From NCBI GenBank assembly GCA_964270895.1, contig OZ185438.1: a DNA stretch of 64,000 nt. One strand, 5' to 3'. Position 1 is the first letter of the stretch. Every line of letters starts with the position of its first letter. Position numbers and translations under genes: made by a program. The stretch comes from Podarcis filfolensis (Eukaryota). Below are positions 11,810-24,388 of the stretch, piece by piece. The notes beneath the pieces were generated by a model. It was given only the letters and a program-made list of their open reading frames with translations. It searched no databases and was not told where the DNA came from.

Positions 11810-12900
11810 AGCCTTCAGTTGCTTCATTCCAGTTTTGGGAGTTACCCCACCAAGGCTCAGTTTTATCTCTCAAGCTGTATTCACCTTCCTGTACTAGGAG
11901 TTCAAGTTCATTTTGTTTATTTCCCATCCTCTGCACACTGAAACCCATGGATATTTTACTTCAGTGTCTCTCCTGTGGAGTTTGCCTGGCACCAGCCACA
12001 GCTTCCCCAGCCTCTCCTGTACCTCCCAAGTCTCTATCTTTAGTGCTTATCTTTGAATTTACCTTTGGGCTATTGTCTCCATTCCCCACGGATTTAGTTT
12101 AAAGCCCTCTTGATCAAGTTTGTCCTGCTTCTGCCAAACACATTTTTCTCCAGTCCTCATGAGGTGCAGCCCATTTCCTGCCTGTAGTACTTTGTTAAGG
12201 AAGTTTGTACTGTGTTCTCAGAAACCAACCCTCTCCTGTCAACACTATCTGCACAGATGAAATACTAGTCTCTTTCTTTTTAGTCCTCTGTCTTTTACAG
12301 GAATACTTGGCAAGAACACCACCTGAGCCCCAAGGTACTTCACCTTCCTCCCCAGAGCTTCAGAGTCAGATGTGATATGTCCATAGTTGTGTCTTGTGGC
12401 GCCATTTGTCTCCTTGTGGATTAGTAAGAAGGGATAATAATCAGCGAGCCTGAAAAGTCTTAGTGACCTGTCCTTCATATCCTGGATCTGTGTGCCAGGC
12501 AGACAGCGTGCTTCATGAACAAAAAGGTCCGGTTGGCACACAGCTGCCTCTGTACCTCTCAGTAGGAAGTCCCCAAGCAGCACCACCCTTGTCCTCCTCC
12601 TTCCTGCACTCAGTGGCTGAATCATCTCTGTCCTTGAAGGGTTTGAGAGTCTTCCTTTCCTGTCTGGTATATCCTGAGAATCACTCTCATTGGACAGATA
12701 ATAAAAGTGATTTCTTAGTTCCAGTGCTTCAAAATTCTACTCTTTTTTCTGTCAGTAGCTGTCTTCCATGCAGTTTCCTCCTTGTTACAGCTCCCATCTT
12801 CTTCCTTGGCAGTTTCTTCCTGGTTATGGCAAGGAAAGCTCTGCAGTGCCACAACAGAACCAGCCAGACAATGTGGCCCCAGCAAGCACTCCAATGGTGG
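11810..12900 (-). mobile_element. CR1 LINE 5' part: ORF1 esterase-like domain plus start of ORF2 endonuclease
   Basis: ORF 12245-12625 (VVLLGDFLLRGTEAAVC...CLPG...LLIH) resembles the CR1 ORF1 SGNH domain. ORF 11724-11948 (MGNKQNELELLVQEGEY...TEPWW) resembles the ORF2 APE N-terminus. Confidence 0.8.
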
Positions 12901-13179
12901 CAGCTTTAACCTTCAAAGTCCTAAAGATTTGAGCCTAGAGTAGCCAAAGCAAGGGCCTTCTCTAATACATTCCGTTCACCGAAAGCTTCTCAAATAATCA
13001 CATCCCCTTCCCACTTGTGCTACTTGGGATGCATATGCATTGACACACCGTTAACCATTCCTTTGTTCTTCAGATACCAAAGCTCAAACTTGAATTCATG
13101 TCTCTTCAGCAAACTCCCATAGCTGGAAAAGCTACTTGCTGGTTGCAAGGCTGGCCTGGCCTCTTCCTATCAAGTGGTG

Positions 13180-13350
13180 ATAGGGATAAGAACACAAGTA
13201 GAGTCCTGCTTGATTGGATTAATGTTTCAACTATTCCAGTACGCTGTTTCTCACAGGGGCCAACCAGATGCCTCTCAGAAACCAAGAAGCAGAACTGAAG
13301 GCAACAGCTCTCTCTAGCAACTGCTACTTAATGGCATACTGCCTCTAAAT
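13180..13350 (-). mobile_element. Old CR1 3' terminus (continues at 14295-14492)
   Basis: GATAAGAACACAAGTAGAGTCCTGC...GGCCAACCAGATGCC...GGCATACTGCCTCT, a diverged version of 8946-9118. Confidence 0.6.
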
Positions 13351-13588
13351 TTTAATTTTAATCTGAATTTTCCTCATATATATTTGCTAATCTAAAGATT
13401 GCTTTGTTTCTTCATATTTCTGCCTTTTGTCTAATGAGGAGCGTGTGTGTGTTTTGCTTAAGGCATAAGATGGATCTGGGTAACAGCCAGGCTATATGTT
13501 TTAAAAAATTGGGATCAGCTATTGTTCCTTTATCCTAAAAAAGTTAGTTATGTAACCTGATACCTGCAGGAAAACATGTCGGAATTCC

Positions 13589-14001
13589 TAGGGATGGGTG
13601 TGAATATGTCAATTTTATTTTCTGTCATTTCTCATCTTTCCAATCTTAAATTCAGTTCTCCACATTTCCAGTTTGCAATTTAAAAAAAAAAACTTATGTG
13701 AAAATTCATCAACATTTGAGTACAAATTTCTCCTAATACGCAAGTTTGCCAAGTATACATATTTTTGCAAAGCATTTTGCAATGCATTGTTGCCATGAAT
13801 GTATGCTTTTTGTGCACGCTTTACCCTCAGGTATGCATTTTTGTACACATCGCTTGTCTGGAGAACTGGACTGCTAAATTTGGAGAAATGCAAATTGCGG
13901 AGGATGGCTGTGTTTGGCTTGCATATTATTTTGGAAAATGCAAATTGGATGGGTCACCTTTAAATGTGAACTGAATTGAATTTCTTTCTCCACCTCCACT
14001 A
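13589..14001. mobile_element. Non-autonomous DNA element (TAGGGATGG...-ended MITE)
   Basis: Left end TAGGGATGGGTGTGAAT with a degenerate right end ...CTCCACCTCCACTA and an AT-rich body. No clear TSD. Confidence 0.5.
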
Positions 14002-14294
14002 CCTGCAGCACCTAGAAAAGTCTAATTCAACCTCCAGTCTCCATCTTGGAAATGAGTCTAAATGCAGACCTCATTGCTAGGACATCCAACCTAATTTTTG
14101 TACTCCCTCCCCCCATTACTATTTTCCCTGTCACCCCACCCCACTTTCGGCTCTTAGTAGCACCTGGCCTAATGAAGCATTTTGGAGCATTTGAAAGTTT
14201 GCTTATGGTTTAGTGACATTTCAGTTGGTCCTGATAAAGGTATTGGCCAATTGTGACTGTTGTTTCTTCCTCACCACCACCCCTGCTTAAGGAT

Positions 14295-14492
14295 CAACAT
14301 AGCAGCCTTGGCTTTTTAAGTGTCCATTGTTACTTATAGACTGTGAATTTGTTGAATCCCTGTTTAAAGCTACTGGCCATCCCATCCCCACATCCTGTGG
14401 TGGTGAATTTCATAAACTAATTAGGTGTTGTGTGAAGAAGTAACTTCTTTTTGTCTGTCCTGAATCATTGGCCAATCATTTTCATTGGATGA
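14295..14492 (-). mobile_element. Old CR1 3' region fragment
   Basis: GTGAATTTCATAAACTAATT...GTGTGAAGAAGTAACTTCTTTTTGTCTGTCCTGAATC is the reverse of CR1 ORF2 C-terminal coding sequence. Confidence 0.65.
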
Positions 14493-15475
14493 GAAATATA
14501 CATAACTAGCACTAGCATAATGTTGGCCATCTGCAGTTTTATTATACAGGAGAATTCTCCCATCTGGAAACTGTCTCAGATTGCAAGGAAAGTCATAAGG
14601 ACTTGATTGAAGGCAATACTGCTTGTCTCTACCTGGGAGTAAGTGTTAACAGGGCTAGCCATCTTCCTTTTGCTAGGTGATTAGTGATAAATTTTAATCG
14701 GTCAGTCTTTCTCCAACTTGCCCATTAGCTCTGTAAAATCTCATACATTTTCATTTTTTAATTATTTTTCATTTTTATCATTTGTGAAGTATCTAGTAAC
14801 CTTATGCGCACAAGAAGTTATTACACAAAAGGAATAAATAAAGCTTGGTTTATTATATGAAATGAAAGTGACAGAATATATATAAAGGCTGCTTCAGACA
14901 GCAAAAATAAAGCAGGTAGCAAATCCTACAATGCATGCACACCTTGATTTAAAGAGTGAAAAATCTAACTATCCCCATAAGCCTACAGGAACGTAAGTGT
15001 GGCAATTTTGCCATAGAAACCACAGTGAAAACAAGTTAAGAAATGGAGAAAGGGAAAGAAAGGTATACCTGTCCTTCAGGCAGAATGGTTTTTGGATTCC
15101 TGGAGGGCACTGAGTAGAATTTTCATTGGAGCTTTGAGAGTTCTGAGTAAATTTTTTGTTGGAGCTAGGAGGGCTGACTAAACATTGAGAATCTAAATCT
15201 CAGCTAATGAATCCAATGTCATCTAATGGAGAAGGGAGGGGGCTTTGAGATGAGCAATTCCTATAATTCCAATGGTTTTATTGTTCCGTTGGATTTATTT
15301 CAGAGTTTCCTGCCTATTTCCCACTTTGCTTATTTGCTTAATAAAAGTTGAAGGAATACAATCCTAGTGGGCAATGACCAAAACTGGCCATCCTTATCTG
15401 CCTCCTTTCTCAAAGTTTTCCCTCATTATCTTGATGGCATCCGTTCAGATGTAAAGTAGATTTTAACGGTAGCTA

Positions 15476-15820
15476 GACGCGGGTGGCACTGTGGGTTAAA
15501 CCACAGAGCCTAGGGCTTGCCGAACAGAAGGTCAGCGGTTCAAATCCCTGTGACGGGGACGGACCATTGCTCGGTCCCTGCTCCTGCCAACCTAGCAGTT
15601 CGAAAGCATGACAAAGTGCAAATAGATAAATCGGTACTGCTCCAGCGGAAAGGTAAACAGCATTTGCGTGCGCTGCTCTGATTCGCCAGAAGCGGCTTAG
15701 TCATGCTGCCCACATGACCTGGAAGCTGTACACCGGCTCCCTCTGCCAATAAAGCGAGATGAGAGCCGCAACCCCAGAGTCGGTCACAACTGGACCTAAT
15801 GGTCAGGGGTCCCTTTACCT
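15476..15820 (+). mobile_element. Sauria SINE, near full length
   Basis: Head GACGCGGGTGGCACTGTGGGTTAAACC, B-box GGTTCAAATCCC, tail GGGGTCCCTTTACCT. Confidence 0.92.
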
Positions 15821-17941
15821 AGGCTTACATATTCTGGTCGCTACACAATGTGTGAGGAGCTTCAGGATGTGAGCCTAGTTAAGTATATACTGTATCAGAA
15901 TTTGGCTCTCTGCAACAGATATCAAATTGCAAATGTTTAGAAAACAAATGACTATTGTTACAGTTTCTGTATGAAGAAACATATGCAAAGGGTTCTATGC
16001 TACCATTGTTTATGGTGGCTGTAAGCATACCATATGATACCCATTAAGATGCAAACAGTATGGCAGATCACGCCTCCACTTAGGCCTTTTTTAAAATGTC
16101 AGTGTGCTCTAACCATTCAGTTATTCAATCAGGAAACAGCTTTGTGTCAAGCAGAAAACAGACTTCCTGAATTTGCACAGCCCTGTAGCCAGGGTGGAAT
16201 CACTTAGTGTACTACCCAACCTAGGACGGTCCTTTACCCCACCTAGGATTTTTATTTTAATTGGATCTTTAATAGTGGCATAACAAGCACTGTCTGCATT
16301 GAAAGAATGACAGCTTGTTTTAAGAAAAAAAAGAGCAATTCTATGTTTGTTTGTTTGTGTGGCTCCCTCCAAGAGTGTAGTTGTTGGAGTCCAAAAGTCT
16401 GCTCACACAACATTTCCCCTGACTCAGAGTGGCTTTTTCATGATCTCAGTTACCCTAAGTGAAGCTGGAGGTGTGGGGAGGGGGAAAACCAGCCTGTGTA
16501 GTAGAAACATAACCCCTAAGAGATTGAGTTAAATATTAGGATTATCTATTATAGGCTAAGGCGACACCTTTCAATTGCCCTTCCAGATGTCCTCTTTACT
16601 GTGTATTCGTGACGATTTGTATTCATGCTGGTATTGGGCAGATATACAGATGATCCCGCTTTCAATACTGCTGTGCCAGGTGAAAAGGGGGCGATGGGGG
16701 AAATAGATTTCAGTGGGACATAAATTGCACCTTACATTCCTAATAACGCTGCTCTGTATGCCATTATCTTCTGAAGCCGCTGGAGGGATTTTCTGTGGCT
16801 TGTAAAGTGAGGAGAATTTGGTCCAAGAATTCAAATACCCAAATAGTCTCTACAAGTTCTTAGGAGCCAATGTTTGGCACTAAAACATAATGTAACTGAA
16901 ACCAGAATATCAGAGGATTTTTAAAGCAGGGGGGTGGGGAGAGTTTTATTAGTTTTCCATGAAACAGAGATTGTTCAGATGGAAAAGATATCTGGAAAAC
17001 ATGCCAGTGTCCGAATACAACAATACCCCTGTGGTGTTTTACTGAGTACAGAGAGAGTTTACAAGTTGCTTATTCCAATGTCCTAAGTAAATGGACTATT
17101 ATTGATCAAAACAAATGCCAAATTCTCAGAAAACAATGAGCTTCCAGGAGTTAGGTTTACAACAGATGGATGCCTGGTCTGCACGGGGGCCTAAGGGCTC
17201 CATGACAGAATCAGGCTCCTGCAACACAAGCAACAGGTTTCAGTGCCCTTTATCTCCTTCACTTTACTGATGTCCTTGTGATTCTGTGAATCCAGGTGGA
17301 CAGATGTTCAGATGAACACACATTTTACCACACGTCTTCACCTGATATGTGGTAAAACCCGAGCAACCCTGTCCAATCAGGGGAAAGAAGGGAAGTTAAT
17401 GAAGCAGGGAGATAGCAGAACAGAAAGGTGAAAGGACCAGCTGGGATCTGACTGGTGCAACCCTTAGGTAGGGAGAAATAGTCTAATGTCCAAACTGTGT
17501 ATGATGTTGCCATCTAGTTTGCCCTTATGTAGCTGATGTCTTTTTAAAAATAAGTAGCTGGGGGGGAATGGAGGGACATAGCTTTAATCCTTTGCTCTTG
17601 CCGAGATCCCAGCTGGAACTTGTCCCCCATCCCAAGACTTGCAAATATCAATGGGAATAGTAGATTATGGGAGGCATGCTTAAAAGGCAGCAAACATTCC
17701 ATTATTTGGCTTAGCACTGTACTTTTACAACCATTTAATTTCTTGCCCTAACCAGCAAAATATCTTAGGCCATCTCTGACCAAGAGACGGATGACATAAC
17801 AGAGTGCCAGACAAGTACTGAAGGCCATTCCAATCCTTGCAGAAGAAATGAAGGAATGAAACAACAGCTGGGACTGATGGTTACTGTTGTGCCTTGTGGC
17901 ATTTTTCAGCAGCAGCAGCAGCAGAGTGCTTCATGCCAGTA

Positions 17942-18167
17942 CAGTGGTACCTCGGGTTACATACACTTCAGGTTACAGACTCCACTAACCCAGAAATAGT
18001 ACCTCGGGTTAAAAACTTTGCTTCAGGATGAGAACAGAAATTGTGCTCTGGCGGTGCAGCGGCAGCAGGAGGCCCCATTAGCTAAAGTGGTGCTTCAGGT
18101 TAAGAACAGTTTCAAGTTAAGAACAGACCTCCAGAACGAATTAAGTACTTAACCCGAGGTACCACTG
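17942..18167 (+). mobile_element. Tc1/mariner-type MITE (226 bp)
   Basis: 18-bp TIR CAGTGGTACCTCGGGTTA / TAACCCGAGGTACCACTG with flanking TA duplications. Confidence 0.93.
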
Positions 18168-18414
18168 TACTTTGCAGCAGTTTTGCAACATTTTGATTGT
18201 TAATACAGCTGCTGCCTTGAGGCAGCATAGCCATTGCTACAATGTCATTCTTAGGGCTTGACAGTGGGCTAAGTTTGAAGCATAAGCTTAAATGTGATAA
18301 ATATTTTTTGTCTTGTATCCCACCTGTTGCAGGTTACTCCCCTGGATTTTACAGACCAGTTCTAACAAGTTAATATATCTTAGCTGACGTGGCTCAGTTT
18401 CTGTTATTCCTAAT

Positions 18415-18580
18415 AATGCAGACACGCCATACATTTAAAGCACTTTCTCCATGCCAAAGAATCCTGGGAATTGTGGGTAACATCTCACAGAGCTACACTT
18501 CCCAGAATCCTAAACGACAACAGTTCCCAGGATTCTTTGGGAGGAGGAAATGTACTTTAAATATATGATGTGTACACAGC
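18415..18580. mobile_element. Palindromic MITE (AAAGAATCCTGGGAA family)
   Basis: Arms CATACATTTAAAGCAC / GTACTTTAAATATATG and AAAGAATCCTGGGAA / TTCCCAGGATTCTTT. A related half-copy lies at ~5680-5760. Confidence 0.65.
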
Positions 18581-18887
18581 CCAAAACACAATAATTACTA
18601 TTGAAAGGCTCTGGATCAGAAGTAGCCAGGTGTGATAATCTCCCCCTTTTGCAGCTGTGCTCACACTTCCATCATTTGTTTGACTACTTAGGGTTTCATT
18701 TATATTGTGAATTGCTTTGAGCATAGGTCTGTGAAAGTGGTATAATTTGTTGCATTTAAATTCAGGAGCTCTCCATGTATTATCACACAGTCAGAACTTT
18801 AAATATAATGAAAAGTTTAATACTGTGAGTTTATCTGATGATGTCTCTCTGAGCAGCAACTGTGATTTTTTTTTTTTTTTGATGCAG

Positions 18888-18992
18888 GAAAGACCCTTGG
18901 GCGAGGTGCTTATGGGAAAGTAGTACAAGCAGCCGCTTTTGGAATTAAAAAATCACCCACGTACAAAGTAGTTGCTGTAAAAATGCTGAAAG
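18888..18992 (+). CDS. FLT1: VEGFR1 exon 18-equivalent, Gly-rich loop and VAVK lysine
   Basis: atgcag| and |gtacgt, 105 nt. Encodes [36 protein letters not shown]. Confidence 0.97.
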
Positions 18993-19108
18993 GTACGTAT
19001 GGTATAGAACAATTCCGCTTTCACTTTGTAGTGTCCAGACTGTGTGGGCACCCATTTTCAGCTGTCCTGCATCTGCAGTAAAGCTGAAATCCTGTTGCCA
19101 TTTGAGCC

Positions 19109-19225
19109 AGGGACCATAGCCTAATGGTAGAGAGCCATCTTTGCAGGCAGAAGCTCACAAGTTCAGTTCCTAGATCCTCCAGCCAGAGTGGAGCAAGGCT
19201 GCTGCCTGAAAGCCAAGTTGGTCTT
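19109..19225 (+). mobile_element. Degenerate tRNA-derived SINE
   Basis: A-box-like ATAGCCTAATGGTAGAG and B-box-like GTTCAGTTCC. Related to 63731-63914. Confidence 0.5.
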
Positions 19226-19571
19226 GACTGGCCTTCCTCAAACTGGTGCCCACATTTTGGAATACAGCCCCCATCAGCTCCAGCTAGCACAATCAGCGGT
19301 CAGGGGAAACTGGGGTTGTCGCCCAGAACATCTGCAGGATACCAGCTTGCGGAAGGTTCATGTAGGCAGCCCACAGCCCAAACGGTGCAGTTACAGGCTT
19401 CTGGACTTATGGTGCTGTTCCTGCCTAGGGTTCAGGTTTGCGGAAAGCATCCTCACAACCAACAGAATGCAGCTGGTGATCAACAACAAGTAGTGACAGG
19501 AGCCAGGGCAAGAAATCTCCAGGTAAGAAGTGCCCTAAGTAATAAGTAAACCATTTTGCTTGGCCTTGCAG

Positions 19572-19685
19572 AAGGAGCCACCGCCAGCGAGTATAAAGCT
19601 CTGATGACTGAGCTGAAGATCTTGACACATATTGGTCATCATCTGAATGTTGTGAATCTGCTGGGCGCTTGCACAAAAAATGGAG
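19572..19685 (+). CDS. FLT1: VEGFR1 exon 19-equivalent ([39 protein letters not shown])
   Basis: ttgcag| and |gtatgg, 114 nt. Confidence 0.97.
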
Positions 19686-20118
19686 GTATGGACAACTATG
19701 ACAAAAACATGGTGTTCTGGTTTGCTATTTTATTTATTTTTATTTAAAATATAGCTTTACTTTTTTTTGTATTTATCACAGGCTGGAAAGATGGTTCTTA
19801 ATGCTAAGTTCTGCTGGGCTTTGTCCTTGTTTTAACTTCAAGAGTTAAACCATGACTTGATACAACTGTGTGAAAATACACTTTTGAGATGCAGGCCTGA
19901 ATTAAATCACATACAGATCAAACTTTCCTAGAAATCAGTGTGAAACAAAGATGAGAGTAGGGACTTCAGGGGAAATATTATGGATTTCTTTCAAATGCAT
20001 TCTGATTTAAGTAATTATGCTGTATTGCTGAGACAGGCACTTGAACAATGACACAAAAGGCACAGAGGTTATAAATTGTCATTTCCCCCCACCAAAACGT
20101 TTATCATCTTGTTCACAG

Positions 20119-20207
20119 GGCCACTAATGGTTATAGTTGAATATTGCAAATATGGAAATTTATCAAGCTACCTTAAGAGCAAAAGGAATTTCTTTTCTTC
20201 CAACAAG
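20119..20207 (+). CDS. FLT1: VEGFR1 exon 20-equivalent ([29 protein letters not shown])
   Basis: tcacag| and |gtaatg, 89 nt. Confidence 0.97.
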
Positions 20208-21065
20208 GTAATGTCCCAAATGCTGTATTTTATTTCTTCAGTTCACCGTCCACTGAAATAATCACATTAATTTTATTTTGCTGCACAGTACAAATAGGAA
20301 CAGGTGTGCAAATGCCCTTTGACCAGTGCAAATATGAGTTGCTTTAATGTACAGATATAGAAAAATAACCAGGTTGTTGCAGCAATGCAGTAACTCAAGA
20401 ATTTTACAAGGTTGTACCTTCCCCACTGCAAGACTTCATTGCAGGGTTCAGCAGCGATATATTTTGGATATGTAAGGAAGGATATGTAATCTCTGGGTCA
20501 GCCTAAGTGCAATTCTATGCAACATGACCCTGGGACTTCCCATCCTTGCACAGGCGCAGTGTTGAAGCCATAGGACAAGACCATTAACTAAAAAATGTGG
20601 AGCAGGAATACAACTCCAGATGCACACCAGCCCTTTGCCCATGGGCCAGATCTGGCTGCCAAAGCAGTTCTATCCATCTGCTCCTGGCTCCACTAAATTT
20701 AAATCAAAGTGAAAAAAGTGAAAAAGATAGATAGGACTCTCCTTTCCCCAAGCTCCACCTCCCACCCCCCTACTTCACACTCCCCTTGAGTATTTCTGCC
20801 TGGCTGGAATGTGGCCTTGAACTCTGATAGTGCCTTTGGTTTGCCTGGATGAGGGACAGTGAGGTGTGTGCAGAAAATAGCCTATTGCAAAAGGTAAAAT
20901 TTAAAGTATATTTCTAGGAGGAGAAACTGGCTACATGATGTGTGGTTCCACTCCCTTGCTTTAACCGTTTTCTAAGGGACAGTGTTTTCTAGTGGTGGTG
21001 TCCAAGGACCTCACCAGCACATTTAAAAAGTAATTGAATGGAAAGACCTCAAAATCCATTGGGTA

Positions 21066-21185
21066 CAATCTAGCTAAAGTTAAGCACTTTTAGATTACAT
21101 TTATTTAACAGGAGGGATAAAAGCACATGCTTAACTTTCCTGCTGAAATCAGTTGGGCTCAGAAGTGCTTAACTTTGGCTGGAAT
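21066..21185. mobile_element. Palindromic MITE-like repeat
   Basis: Arms CTAAAGTTAAGCACTT / AAGTGCTTAACTTTGG. Confidence 0.55.
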
Positions 21186-21245
21186 ATCTTCTGTTCCATC
21201 TTGTGCCAATTTTTCCCTCTCCCACCCCCCTCTTTTTGTCTAAAG

Positions 21246-21405
21246 GATGCCTCCATTCAAGGAGAGCTGGTGACAGAGGAGAAGGATGTGGAGCCCATTG
21301 GTGGTAAGAAAAAAAGGCTGGAGAGCGTCCCAAGTCGAGAGAGCTTAGCAAGCTCTGGATTTCAGGAAGATAAAAGTTTAAGTGATGTGGAAGAGGAAGA
21401 GGAGG
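21246..21405 (+). CDS. FLT1: VEGFR1 exon 21-equivalent, kinase insert
   Basis: ctaaag| and |gtatgt, 160 nt. Encodes DASIQ...SSGFQEDKSLSDVEEEEE. Confidence 0.96.
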
Positions 21406-21749
21406 GTATGTATTAATTCCTTCCTTTTTCTATGCAGCCTGTGGATATTTTTACCGCGTGATCTGCATCTTTGACATTTTCTTTCCCCGTTTATCACCCT
21501 CATAAACATCCTTGGGAGATACTCGGCTCCGAGAAAAGATGGTTTAAAATAAGCTTATTTACAACGTTACTCAATCGGACAGGAAGATGTGTGACTGTTT
21601 CTATGGTCTCTTCCTTAACCTTGGGGAAGTGCTCAGCACCTCCCAATAATTGTTTTTTGTTCTCACTAGTAAACTACGTTTCAGGCGCTCCATTGTACTG
21701 TGGGCAGCACAAAGTCATGTTAACCTCGTATGCGCTGAATTGATTTCAG

Positions 21750-21847
21750 ATTCTGATGAATTTTACAAGTGGCCGCTCACCATGGAAGATCTAATTTCTT
21801 ACAGTTTTCAGGTGGCCAGAGGCATGGAGTTCTTATCATCTCAAAAG
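21750..21847 (+). CDS. FLT1: VEGFR1 exon 22-equivalent ([33 protein letters not shown])
   Basis: tttcag| and |gttagt, 98 nt. Confidence 0.97.
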
Positions 21848-23409
21848 GTTAGTTTACCCCCTGTGCATTTCCCCTCCGGAAGATTAATAATAATGGGGTA
21901 ATGTTTTGCATGCATTATGCTTCCAACAACCTGCTGTATAATTGGCTGGGAATGTTATCCCCATATTGACCTCTAGTCTTTTTTCCTGGCAGAGGAGCTG
22001 TGCCCTTAATAGCTGCATGACAGAGAGAAATTCAACAAGTGCAGCTTTTCTGTCACCTTTGTAAAATGCATCTTTTAAATTGTTGCCTGTTTGTTAAGAC
22101 AGAGTCCTTATTGGGGGGGTGTGGAGAGCCAGCGACACTAAAGGAATATATACATTAGAAGCATATGTCCACCACTTATATTTTTTAAAAAAATTAAGTG
22201 TTTTACACAATTTTACACAATTGTTAGCCACCTAGCATACGGCATACTCTAGCCACCTGGCCTAAATGAATACATGGATTCCAAACCCCTTTCACAGCAC
22301 TACCAAAGGTAGTTCTTATACCAGTTTAAGTTTGTGATGTAACAACGCCTCTAAGAATCATGTTTCTGTTTTGTTAAATACAAAATGTTTGTGTTACTCC
22401 CTGAAACTTTATTGAGAAAGAGGGGTTTTCCCTTCACCCTGGGAAACTCGCTGCACAAAGGAAGCATAGGGCAAGGCTGCTGAAGTAACCAGCGGCTCCT
22501 CATCTTCCTTGCAACTAACTGCATCAGGGAAATTGCATCATGGGGAAGACAAACTGGTTTCTGTGATTCAATGGCAATTTTGTTCCCCGGAACTCCTAAA
22601 GGAAGGAAGGAAGGACAGTTTTCTTTTTGAGGCTCTCTCTATAAATAAATGCATGTTTATTCATGTCTTCATAGCGTACACAGCAGACTAGAAACAAAAG
22701 GCTTGTTCTTCCATTGCAGTTATTCCTCTGCCTGGGGTTAGATCCAGGTGATCAGGAACCACATAAATAGCCACTAATAAACACGCAGGAATATGGTCAT
22801 CTGCAGCCTCTGACAACATGCTTAAGTATGCCTTGTCACCACTAGCGGGGCCACTTACCACATCACCAAATAAAGAGAGGGAGAGAAAAGAGGATATGCC
22901 TTCGTGAGAAATGCGCAAATGCCAGTTTATCAGATGGAAACTGTTGTTGGCATCCGCCTGCCTCGGGAGACAATGGAGGAGTATGCCTTTGAGAGTGAGG
23001 TCAAACTATTGGAAGGTTGCAGTGCTTGCTGTGGTTGTAGAGGCCGATATGGGAGAGACATGTTTTGTTGCAGCTGGGGCAGATGAAGGCGTCCAGTTGC
23101 AAAAAAATACTATAATTTAAATAGAAGTGTAGTTCCTCTTGCCAGACAGGTGTGCACGCCCCTTCTTGGTTTGCTGTCCTGGCACTGGCTGCTTACAGTT
23201 CTTCATCTTTAAATGGGATGTGAACTGGGTAGCACTTCAGCTAGACAACTGTTTTCTGTAAAGGAGGGCACATGGCCACTCCTTTGGATTTCCATTGATG
23301 TCACTGCTAGGAGTAATGGTGTAGTCAGAGGCTACAGATGACCACTTTTCCACCTTAGGGTCACTGCGTGGGACATTTTTCAGTGACTGTTGCATGTCAT
23401 CACCAGCAT

Positions 23410-23640
23410 TTTATTTGTATGCCGCCTTTCCATAGTAAAAACTGTGCTCAAGGCAGCTTACAACAAAAATATTTGCATAATCACAAACATAATAAAAGTA
23501 GTCATAACTAACTAAAACACATCAAAAACCAAACTGAACCATTTTGACATAAATCATAAAAAGTTCTAAAAATAAAGATATAAACAATTCATATCATTAA
23601 CAGCAACCCCACCACCACCAACAAAACCCCCTAAACAATA
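23410..23640 (-). mobile_element. LINE (L2-like) 3' end
   Basis: TTTATTTGTATGCCGCCTTTCC...GCTCAAGGCAGCTTACAA followed by an A/C-rich tract. Confidence 0.45.
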
Positions 23641-24223
23641 CCCCAACCCAGCAGTCATAGTGCTTCATCTCTAGAAACATGATTTAATGTTCACAGCATC
23701 TTCAAATCTCAGCTCTCCTTTTGAAAATAAATGTGTTTCTACAAATACAAGTTTCTGGTTTGGGAAAAATTAAAGATTTGGTCCAGATTTCTGTTCAGTT
23801 CAGTTTGGCTCTCTGAAAACAGGACTGGTTAAGGTGGACTCCACTATAAATTCTCATATGGTAGGAAAAATAGCTGCTTATCTAAGTCTATACAAAGTCC
23901 TAATTGATTTTGGATTTTATTATGTATTTCCAAATGCATTACCTACAAAGCCTAAAGCAGTCTGACTTATCCCTTGGTAGAACTCAACAGATTAAAGGTA
24001 CACATGCTTATATTCTGAAGTGTTTCTTTGTAAAGCACCTTTGCATTTCATTATGGTAGTTCTATGTAAACTTTAGGCAACTTCCAGAAGAAAATGTAAA
24101 CGGAGCTATTAAAAACATGAACATGTATATTAATGCTTTTTAAAAGGACATGGAAAAGATTCAGCTTTGTGTTTTGGAATCATATCTGGATCAGCAATGA
24201 GATTGTTTAATGTTTTCTTGTAG

Positions 24224-24388
<165 letters not shown>

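Noticed and set aside
12463-12909. 148-aa ORF on +
   Set aside because: Antisense shadow of CR1 ORF1.
22688-23300. Possible decayed LINE coding region in intron 22
   Set aside because: I could not identify a diagnostic motif, so it is left unannotated.
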